From a virus (Duplodnaviria; Caudoviricetes): a DNA stretch of 47,423 bases. This document shows, piece by piece, positions 29,988-39,700 of this stretch. Position 1 is the stretch's first letter. Every line of letters starts with the position of its first letter. The notes below the pieces were generated by a model that saw nothing but the letters and a program-made list of their open reading frames with translations, had not been told where the DNA came from and searched no databases. Position numbers and translations under genes: made by a program. Location of the stretch: positions 1-47,423 of IMG/VR virus record IMGVR_UViG_3300027749_000176; one strand, given 5' to 3'.

Positions 29988-30976
29988 AAATATTTATTGG
30001 GCCAACAGGAATCGGAATAGAAAAAGAGTTGTCTGAATTTGATGTGATGCCGCCAGCCCAGCAGGGTGACATTGCCTCTGTAGCTTTGGAAGGGGCAACA
30101 ACTATAATTCTAATTGATGGATACTTTTCTCAACATCTGTCGCCTTGGCATAAAGAAGTTATATTTGCGATTGAAAAAGGTTGTAGGGTAATAGGTGCTG
30201 GGTCATTGGGGGCATTGCGAGCAGTAGAATGTGAGAGGTACGGAATGGAATTGGCTGGTGATATTGCACAATGGTACAAGGATGGAATTTGCATCGATGA
30301 CTCTGATGTCGCGTTAGCTCATGCGTGCAAAGAAGATGGATACATGAATCTTTCTGTTCCTCTTGTAAATATTCTTTCTACCTGCATTTCATTAAACATT
30401 GAATATAATCAAATAATAGAAAAATGCAGGTCGATCTTTTATATGGAAAGGAGTTGGAAGCGACTTGAAATTGAACTTGGAGATGATTATTTCAAAATAA
30501 AGAAAAATTACATTAACCAGAAGCAACTTGATACATTAGAGGCCATAAAATTAGCTAAAACGCCCAAGATAGTAGATCGTGAATCACCAAAAAATCTAAT
30601 GGGTAGGCATTTTATGGCAATGCTACTAAACGATGTGCCAAAAAACGGAATCAGGCCATATGAGACAGCAAAGTTAAGAAAAGAAGCCGCCGACTTCTTT
30701 TTACTTACAGAATTTGCTCTTGCATTAGGAGTTACTGCTACTAAAAACGAAATAATTGCGGCGTCTAAAGAAATGTGGATTAAGTCAGGAGTAACTTCAC
30801 AAGATGAATCAATTAAATGGTTATCTGCTAATAATGTCACTGAAGAGCAGTGGAATATGTTTGCACTCAGGACAGCAATCAGGAACGCCGCCGCAAATTG
30901 GCTTGACTCTGCAAGCGGAGGTTGCGACCTTATACCTTTAACAAACCAATATCAAAATCTAACTTTTAAGAATTAA
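29984..30976 (+). CDS. tfuA: TfuA-like protein
   Basis: IFIGPT, PPAQQGDI, ILIDGYF..SPWHKEV, GAGSLGALRAVEC..GM, DDSDVAL.H, LSVPLVNI, FY.ERSW, NQKQLD; ATGA overlap with ycaO. Confidence 0.93.
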   Translation: MKIFIGPTGIGIEKELSEFDVMPPAQQGDIASVALEGATTIILIDGYFSQHLSPWHKEVIFAIEKGCRVIGAGSLGALRAVECERYGMELAGDIAQWYKDGICIDDSDVALAHACKEDGYMNLSVPLVNILSTCISLNIEYNQIIEKCRSIFYMERSWKRLEIELGDDYFKIKKNYINQKQLDTLEAIKLAKTPKIVDRESPKNLMGRHFMAMLLNDVPKNGIRPYETAKLRKEAADFFLLTEFALALGVTATKNEIIAASKEMWIKSGVTSQDESIKWLSANNVTEEQWNMFALRTAIRNAAANWLDSASGGCDLIPLTNQYQNLTFKN

Positions 30977-30977
30977 T

Positions 30978-31361
30978 ATGGGTGGTTCTCCAACAGACTA
31001 CAATTCAAATAATTCTACACCTTTGCGTTTTAGCGGAGGTGGCCCTTCCCCAGTGCAATCTCAACCAACCCAACCTTGGCAGGTTCAAAGCACGCACCCA
31101 GAGGCAATTGCTCAAGGGGCCGCAACTGGTATAAGTAACGGAATTTCTCTTGGCATGGGTTTAGGTGGATCAAAAGGCGGCTCGCAACAGCCAAACTCTA
31201 CTGGAGGGTATGACACTCAACAGCAAGCCCAAGCCGCCGCTCCGAATGCGGCTGGATACACTAATGTTCAAGGAGTAGGATGGGTTCCACAAGCACAGGG
31301 CGTAAATTATCAGCCAGATCAAATGCAAAGAATGTATGGCTATAATTATGGCAATATGTAA
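30978..31361 (+). CDS. Small MGG-start Gly/Gln-rich virion protein
   Basis: MGGSPTDY start; IAQGAATGISNGISLGMGLGG segment. Confidence 0.7.
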   Translation: MGGSPTDYNSNNSTPLRFSGGGPSPVQSQPTQPWQVQSTHPEAIAQGAATGISNGISLGMGLGGSKGGSQQPNSTGGYDTQQQAQAAAPNAAGYTNVQGVGWVPQAQGVNYQPDQMQRMYGYNYGNM

Positions 31362-31386
31362 TCACAACCAATAACTGAATAATATT

Positions 31387-31896
31387 ATGGGAGGAGGCTC
31401 AACAGGATCAAACCAAGCGCAATCTGACTCAGCCAATCAAATGGCTCAAGAGCAGATGTGGATAGGATATTTGAAACAACAGCAACAACAACAATCTGCG
31501 ATGCAAGCCGCCGCCATGAAAGCACAACAGCAGGCGATTAAAGACGCGCAGATCAACGCTTCCCAAAGCTCACAATTGGAAGGCGAGCAACGCGCACAGC
31601 AACAGCTTGGTCTTCAAAATTCATTTCAGCAGGCACAGGATGCAACTGCTATGAATAATCTAAAAACCGCTACGGCTAACGCTCCGACTGGCGGAGCATT
31701 CAATTTTAACCTAGCCCAACAAAACCAGCTTTCCAACCTTGGAGCCGCTGGAGGACTTCCTCCATCCGCCGCAAATCAAGCTGGCAGCATGATGCCAACG
31801 ATCAACCCTGCTGCCACCACTGCTGCAAATCTTGGCACTGGAGCTAGGAACCAAATTCAGAGTCCAGCCGTAGGCAAAACCTTGGGGGGATACTAA
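31387..31896 (+). CDS. MGG-start Gln/Ala-rich ejection-like protein
   Basis: MGGGSTGSNQ start, poly-Gln, ends GKTLGGY. Confidence 0.7.
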   Translation: MGGGSTGSNQAQSDSANQMAQEQMWIGYLKQQQQQQSAMQAAAMKAQQQAIKDAQINASQSSQLEGEQRAQQQLGLQNSFQQAQDATAMNNLKTATANAPTGGAFNFNLAQQNQLSNLGAAGGLPPSAANQAGSMMPTINPAATTAANLGTGARNQIQSPAVGKTLGGY

Positions 31897-31902
31897 AATC
31901 TC

Positions 31903-33708
31903 ATGGCTTACTCACTTGACCAAGGTGGAGTAGCGTTTACGCCTGCTGTTCCAAATGATGACTCCCAAGCCGTTGCTTTAGCAGGACTTAAACCCATCTC
32001 TTTTCAACCTGTAGCATCACCAATTCAATTCCAGCCGCTGTCAGGATGGTCAACTCCTTCGACCCACCCTGAATACATCGCGCAGGGAATTAGTGGTGCT
32101 CTTGGTTCAATTGGTCAGGGAATTACTGCCGCATATCAAAGTAAGAGGCAGGAACAAAAAGATAAAACGGCTTCTGCTTTTGCACAAAGCAAGGAACAAG
32201 AAGCGATTCGACACAATAAAGTGTTAGAATCTATCATGCAAGAGCGCATCAAGAATGTTGTCCCAAAGTCGCTTTCAGCCCCATTGCAGACACTAAATAA
32301 TCCAGCAGGAGACGATACTACATCTTTGGAGCAACAGCAATTTACACCTGAAAATATCACACCAGAAACTCCATCAGAAAATCCATTCAAGGAAATCAAT
32401 CTTCCTGATCAGTTTGACCAACAAACAACTCCTGACAATACCCTAAAAATTGAGGGGTCACCTCTTGCAAATATTACTGCACCAGCCCCAGCAGGTGAAT
32501 TGAGGGGATCTCAGGCACTTGCCGCGCTGTCTTCAATTCCTTGGGGCGGTATTTCAGGCACATACAAGTCGGCAGGTGGAGTTCCATCACAACCATTCCA
32601 GCCATCTGCTCCTGATTGGTTGCGTAATCCAAAAGCCGCTATGGCAGGTGTACAAACGCTTGGTGGCGACACTGACAAGTCATTCGCGGCAGGACAGCGT
32701 GCAGTCGGATCAATTCTAGATGCCGCCCAACTCGGATATTCTCCAGAGACAGGAACTGCGGTTCGCCCATCAATGGCTAAAAACCCAACTATGGAAGCCG
32801 CAATTGGTGAGGATTCAATTTACTCCCAAGAAGATGCTCGCAAACTGCGAGACTACGCAGCTTCACATGGCAAGATTCCTCCACAGCTTATTGAGCAAAA
32901 GAATGGCAGTTACTTGGTAAAGTGGCCTACTCCTGAACAACTAGCAATGGAGGGAACTCGTAAAGAGCGTCTTGACATCGCCGCCAGCAATGCAATGGAG
33001 CGCAGGGCGAACGATTACATCACCAAAAACATAGGGCCAAAAAAGATTGAGGCTGGTCGCGCAGCCCTTGCTGGATTCCTTGCCGCATATAGGACTGGAC
33101 TGACATCTGGCAACCAAAATATCACCGATCTTGATCTTGCTGACAATTACATCGCCTTCGCTCGCGGAGCATCCTCACCAACTGGTGCGGGAGGTCAAGT
33201 AACCGAAGGCCAGTACGAAGAACTAAAGAAAAACGGAAGCCTGTACAACAAGTTGACCAAGGCCGTTACATCAAAAACCAGTGGTGCATTTTTGTCTCCA
33301 GATGATCGCAAGACCATGCTTAATACCTTGGTAGAGGCATACAATAGCCAAGCAAAACGCGAGAACGGAAAGCTGGACGCATTCCGCAAGGCAATGATCA
33401 AAGATTATCCCAACACTCCAGAAGAGAAGATACCAAAAGATTATCCGCTATTAAAGACTCCTGAAGAGACACACAAAGAGCAAATGGAGGCCGCTGACGA
33501 GGTCAGGAAGATTGCTAAAAAACTTACTCCGCAAGAACGTGCAACCCACCCAGAATATAAGGAAGCACTTGCAAAACTTAGCCAATTATCATCTAGTGGA
33601 GAAATCCCAGCCAACGCCGATGAAGTGAACAACACGACAGCAGGCGTTCAGGCAGGGTTTTTTGGAGGAACCGCTCCGATTAACTACATTCAACAACCCA
33701 CCCAATAA
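31903..33708 (+). CDS. Ejection (internal virion) protein-like
   Basis: 601 aa; IAQGISGALGSIGQGITAAY amphipathic Gly-rich helix, then disordered and helical regions. Confidence 0.6.
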   Translation: MAYSLDQGGVAFTPAVPNDDSQAVALAGLKPISFQPVASPIQFQPLSGWSTPSTHPEYIAQGISGALGSIGQGITAAYQSKRQEQKDKTASAFAQSKEQEAIRHNKVLESIMQERIKNVVPKSLSAPLQTLNNPAGDDTTSLEQQQFTPENITPETPSENPFKEINLPDQFDQQTTPDNTLKIEGSPLANITAPAPAGELRGSQALAALSSIPWGGISGTYKSAGGVPSQPFQPSAPDWLRNPKAAMAGVQTLGGDTDKSFAAGQRAVGSILDAAQLGYSPETGTAVRPSMAKNPTMEAAIGEDSIYSQEDARKLRDYAASHGKIPPQLIEQKNGSYLVKWPTPEQLAMEGTRKERLDIAASNAMERRANDYITKNIGPKKIEAGRAALAGFLAAYRTGLTSGNQNITDLDLADNYIAFARGASSPTGAGGQVTEGQYEELKKNGSLYNKLTKAVTSKTSGAFLSPDDRKTMLNTLVEAYNSQAKRENGKLDAFRKAMIKDYPNTPEEKIPKDYPLLKTPEETHKEQMEAADEVRKIAKKLTPQERATHPEYKEALAKLSQLSSSGEIPANADEVNNTTAGVQAGFFGGTAPINYIQQPTQ

Positions 33709-33711
33709 AAC

Positions 33712-36700
33712 ATGGGCGAAAATGATGTCGAAAATGACATAAAAAAGGCGATGGCAGGAACAACACCTGCCTCCGTTCCTGTACCGACATCCGCTCCTGA
33801 AGATTCAGTAGAAGCAGACATTCAGAAGGCCATGAAGCCATCTGCTGGTCAGGTTGAGAAGGCCACTAATCCATATGCAGATATTGCAAAGAAAAAGCCA
33901 GAAGAGATTGACGAGGTTGACCGCGATATCCTTTCAACTGCCAAGACTCCTGAACAGATAACGCAGATTCCCAAACATCTACCCCTCACCAACGAGCAAC
34001 TTCGAACGAAGTTTGAGCATGAAAGGAGCCTCCCTTGGAACGAGGGGATGAAGACGCCTGAAGACTGGTACAATATTGGGAAGGACATCGTTGGTTCTGG
34101 AGTAAGTTTTGGTAAGGGTGCAAAGAAATTTGCAGAAAACTTATTATTCTCTGGTGCTGATGAAGATCCATCTGGCTGGGGGACACCCAGCGTACAACCT
34201 GTAAAAGATTTTGCTTCCAGCTTCTTTAAGATGCCAGAAGACATTCTGTATGCTGGAGGAAAAATCCATGAGGGGGGAATGGATTGGACTGACCGACTCA
34301 GTGAGAAATTTGGACTTCACGACAAAGAAAAGAGCTTTGAAAATTACAAGGCTCGCCATGCGATTGATCAAATCCATGCTCAAACACAAGTAGAAAATCC
34401 ATCTATATACAGCCGCATAATGAAAGGCGATGTGGCAAACAGCGCACTATCAGCCGTTATTCTGAATTCTTTGCCAGACTCACAGACCATAATGGAGCAA
34501 GATGGTGTAACACTTGAGCAGGCAAACCTCAAGCGAAAGGCGATGGCGGATCAGATTGCCCAGCAGACCACCTCCGAGATATCCTCTCAAGAAAAGCCAT
34601 CTGACGAAGACATTTCTACATTTGGAACATTCGCAATGCCATCTGGACTCGGACTTGGTGAGATGGGTGCGTTGACGATTGGTCTTGAAACGGCTGGCGC
34701 ATTGACTCCTAAAATTGCACAGGGACTGAAATACCTTGGCAAGACTGATGACGAGATCAAGGCAATGAATGATGCCGCGCAAGCGTTACAGAAACAGAAA
34801 TTTGCGGAGAAAATTGAGAAGGCTCAACAACCATCTATGATAGGCCGTAGTGCTGGCGCGATGGCTGAAGGAGTTGAGAAGCTAAAGACAATGGCGCAAA
34901 ATTCTCCTGATCTTCTCAAGAAGATTGCTCCATATGCAATCGGAGGCGTTGTTGGATATGAGACACAGCCTCAACATCCATACTTAGGCGCACTTGGAGG
35001 TGCTTTTATTGGAGAAAAAACAATCCCAAAGTTTTCAAAACTAGGTTCTAAGGCACTTCAAATACCTGCTCTTGTTAGGGACATCGATGAGGCCCGCGCT
35101 ATATCCGCAGGAGGAACTAGGGGGGCTTTTGAAACATTGGGATCTTTCCCTGACGTCAGTGAACAAACTGCAAAAATTTTAAGATTCGGAGGGAAGCGTT
35201 TGGATAACATTATCAACAATTCAGTTGATTATGCAAAATCTGGAATTCATCCAACATTGATAGCACTGGCTACTGGCGCACTTGATTCAGCATCGCCAGA
35301 GGAGCGCAGCAACCTTGTTTCACAGGGGCTTTTGTATGGACTTGGAGGCAGGGCATTACATCAAGCGTGGGGTAAGATTGCAGGAGTAGATCCTGTTGTT
35401 GAACAACGTGAGCGCAGGCAACAGGCAGTTGATGACTTTAAGACATATAAGAGCCTTGATCCTGAGACCCAGCAGACCATGAATGGATTGACAAGCTGGG
35501 ATAATGAAATCCTTCGCCAGCAAAATGCGCTAACGGAAGCCCAGAATGCTTATACGGAATCGGTTCGTACAGGAAGTCCTGATGCAGAAAAACTTGGCAA
35601 AGCAGTCTCTTCACAAGAAAAGATTGTATCTGCCGTAAAGCGAGCAAATGTACAAACTCGTAATGAATACGGACGGCAGTTTCTGACGCAGCTTACCAAG
35701 CTAAACGAACTTACTAACGGCACGCTACGCGCAGGACAGAACAATGTTGGCGTCCACATCCTGACACCTGACCAGATATTTACTAAGTTCAGGCAAGACC
35801 CTGCCAATAATGGCATGAGTGATGCCGAGGTAATGGAGACCGCTAACCAGCAGGGATTTTACAGCACTCCAGAGGGAGCAGTAGAGTATCAGGCAGGGAT
35901 GCCAATGGGTGGCGAAAAGAAGACCCTGATCTTTGATCGTACGAAGCCATCAATCGTCATCAATTCCAACCACTTGAAGGCTCGCCAGCAGATTTTTGGT
36001 GAAACCCCTATTGAGGCACTTACGCACGAATTCGGTCACCACATCCGCAACATCCCTGAATTCAGAGAGGCAAATAAAGACGCCGAAGACCTGCTATTCA
36101 GCCAAGAGATCAAGGATCTGAACGGAAATGTAACGGCTACCACATCTGGAAAGTACAGCACCAAGGATTTGGTGGATATGTACACCAACAACTACATGAA
36201 GGGGAAAAGCCCAGATCAGATCGAGCAGCTTTCTAAGCTGGCTGGCCTGTGGGATGAAACTCGCGGCGCGCTCAACGAGCAGGCTGTTGGTGATTATATG
36301 AAGGACGAGATCGTCGCTCAACTCAACGCTGGCACGCTTTCAAACCATCTTGGCAAGGATCTGGACTCAGCAACGCTCCATTTAGTGGATCTGGCTACCA
36401 TTAAGACCAAGAAAAACCTGCTCGATAGGGCGGTTCAGAAGTTCTTTGGACTGGGAGGAAAAGGCAGTCCTGTAGACCCTCTCACAGGCGCGGAGTTCTC
36501 CCCAGAGGTACTAGCCGCCAATAGGCAGGCCATACGCGCTCTACAAGCCTTGCAGGGCGAGGTTTCTCCTGCGGTAAAGGCTCCAGACGCACCGAAGATC
36601 AGCAGGGCGTTGATGATCAAGAACCGCGCCATCATGGAGAAGTACGGAAAGTACAGCGGACTCTTCAAGACAAAGACACAAGGGCAGATTTACGACGCCG

Positions 36701-39700
36701 CTGGTAACCCTGTAGGCGCACCTGTTGACATTGCCAACCCAGCAGCCGCTGAAGGCGCATGGGCGACCGACAGACAGCTTTCTGGTTATGGACAGAAGCC
36801 TGATGAGGTTCAGGGTATGGCAATACCCACAGGCGGCAAGCTAGTCGTCAGCAAGGCATTTGTCACAGAGGCAGACGGAGTAACGCCTGCGATGTATACG
36901 CCAGCGGAGGCAAAGAAGCTGCAAAAGGCTCGCAAGGATACGATCTTGCAGGCACTGGATACGCCTGATTATGGAACTCCAAACCGATTCCAGCCTGTAG
37001 CCGACAATTCCGAGACACTGCGTGGAACATTCACGCCACTACAGATTCAGGCCATCAAAGACCTGCCAGAAGGAATCATTCCAAAGTCGATCAAGGATCA
37101 TATCCTGAAGATCAACGATGCAATCGTCAGGGGAGATGGATCTCGCTTGCTGGTTGATTACGCCGCCGTCATGAACGACGCAGGCAAGTACACGGCTTAC
37201 TCTCCGAAGGTTTACGATGTGGTTCCCATTGGAATGCACCTATCCAAGGATGGCAACTTCCTTGTTACCACGATCTCCGTTGGCAGGATGTTTGAGAAGC
37301 TCAACGCATGGAGTCAGCGGATGCCAGCAAGACTATCACCTTGGGGTGGCGACAAGAACGCATTCTTCAAGGAGTTCACCGAGAAGTACCTCCAGAACTG
37401 GCAGAACGGACTTGCTGGAGAAACTGGTCTGGCTGGAACGCCTGCTGAAGCACTGGCAAAGAAGAACATCTTCAATGATTTCCTGAACCTCACCACAAAT
37501 GATTTCCGAGGATTGAATGAGGATCGCACTAGGACACCTCGTAAGCGCGGAGACGCGCGTGGAAAGGACATGGATCGAACGATCCTGTCAATGCGCTTGG
37601 ATCACATGGCAGAGTTGATGGACAACGAACACGCTCCGAAAGTTCCAGTAGATTACGGAAAGGCTATCAGGAATTTTATGCCTGCGGAGACAGAGCAAGA
37701 AAAGTATCCTACAACCGAAAAAGGATTCTATTCTGGGTTGCAAAAGGCCGTGGATGAAAAGATGCCATCAAAGGCTTCTCCGCAACAGGTGTTGCAAATC
37801 GTAAACAACCCACAGAACGCCAAGGCTGAAGAGGTAAAGTGGAGTAATATTGCAGGTTTCCTAGAAGGCAAGAAAAGCGTTACCAAACAAGAGGTTCTTG
37901 ATTACCTCAAGAACGAGGGTGCTGTTAAATTTGAGGAAGTAACGCAAGGAGATTGGGGTAAAGCTAGAGAAAAGATTTATCAGGCACATGATCGTGGAGA
38001 AATTTCTACGGAAGAAAGAAATCGTCAAATTGATGAGGTTGAAAAACAAATTCCTCGTCCAACGAAATTCTCCCAATACACCCTCCCCAACGGCGAGAAC
38101 TACAAGGAGGTTGTGCTGACGATGCCAGAGGCAGATAAGAATATAGATTCAATAGACATTGAAATAGCGAAAAAAAAAGAATATATTCAATACCTTGAAA
38201 ATGGTGGAGATCCTGTGGATGTCCTGTCCGATATATTTAACACACAGGAAAAATCACAACAAGAAGAGCTAAAAGAAGCTAGAGCAGATTTATTGCGTTT
38301 GGAATCCCAAAGAAAACAGCAACCTAATCTTGGATACACCTCATCCCACTTCTCCGACATCCCCAACTATGTAGCCCACATGAGGCTTAACGAGCGTCCT
38401 GACAGCGAGGGACGCAATGGGCTGTTCATTGAAGAACTTCAGTCTGACAGGCATCAGCAGGGTAGGGAGAAGGGGTATAAAGATGAAAATCAGTCATCAA
38501 AACTCCCAGAAGGATTTACATTTGAAAAAATACAAACCTCTGTTTTTGATTCTGGTGAAGGATGGGTTGCAAAAGACCAAAATGGCAGAACCGTTGGAAC
38601 CGTATCTCAAACTAGGGAGGGAGCAGAGGCACAAGCATTAAGGAACATCAATCAAGATAAACAAGGCATCCCAGACGCCCCCTTCCGCAAAGATTGGTCA
38701 GTCCAGATGTTTAAGCGAGCCTTGCGTGACGCTATCGCAAGCGGAAAGGAATGGATCGGCTGGACTAGCGGAGAGACGCAGGCCGAAAGATACGATCTAA
38801 GCAAACAGGTGAGGTTTATCGCATACAATAAAGTAGGAGATAAAATAGGGATCATAGCAAAAGACCATAATTTTCAGACAATAATTGCAAAATCATACAA
38901 CCCTTCAGAACTTCCAGATGTTATTGGAAAAGAGGTTGCACAAAAGATTATTAATGGGGAAGGCACAGAGAAGAAAACAGAGCTTTCAAATGGTGATGTA
39001 ATAAACATGAAGCACCTTTCTGGAGTTGACCTAAAAATCGGTGGAGAAGGCATGAAAGGATTCTACGACCAGATCCTTCCAAAAGAGATTGGCAAATATG
39101 TTAAAAAGTGGGGAGCGAAAGTTGAGGAGGGCGATGTAAAAACTGATCCCAAGGAATATGACACAACCCCAATCTGGAAAGTTGCCATCACCCCTGAAAT
39201 GCGTGAGAGCATCAAAAGGGGCGGTCAGATCCAGTTCTTGCCATCACGCGACGGCGAGGAGGAACGCATCACAGCAGCCACCTACACCAACCCTCGCACT
39301 GGAAAGGTTACCGAAGGTGCAACGCATCTTATTGCCAACCCCAACGCCCCACAGGAGGCGACTGACAGGGAAAGCCCAGCGTATGGATTCAAAACGAGTT
39401 CTGGGGGCATTGTAGACCGCGCAACGGCGTATCAGATCGCGAAGGACTCTGGTCAGTTGAAGGCTCCCACAACGGAGGAGGAGAAGTTCCATGCTGATCG
39501 CGGAATCCTGCACAGCGGAATGTATGAGCCGAAGGGTGACATCTCCTTCCCTCCCTCCGACGACGCGCACCGCGCCGCCGTCGAGTCAGGCGATACCGAG
39601 GAGGCGCAGAGGTTGGTGGATGAGGTGGCGAAGAAGGCTGGGTACACGATTGGGCCTCTGTGGCATGGAACTAGCGGAGATTTTTATGAGTTCCGACCTT

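Noticed and set aside
27385-31896. A ThiS-like sulfur carrier near tfuA
   Set aside because: No small ORF ending in Gly-Gly; 31387-31896 ends GGY and is low-complexity rather than ubiquitin-like.
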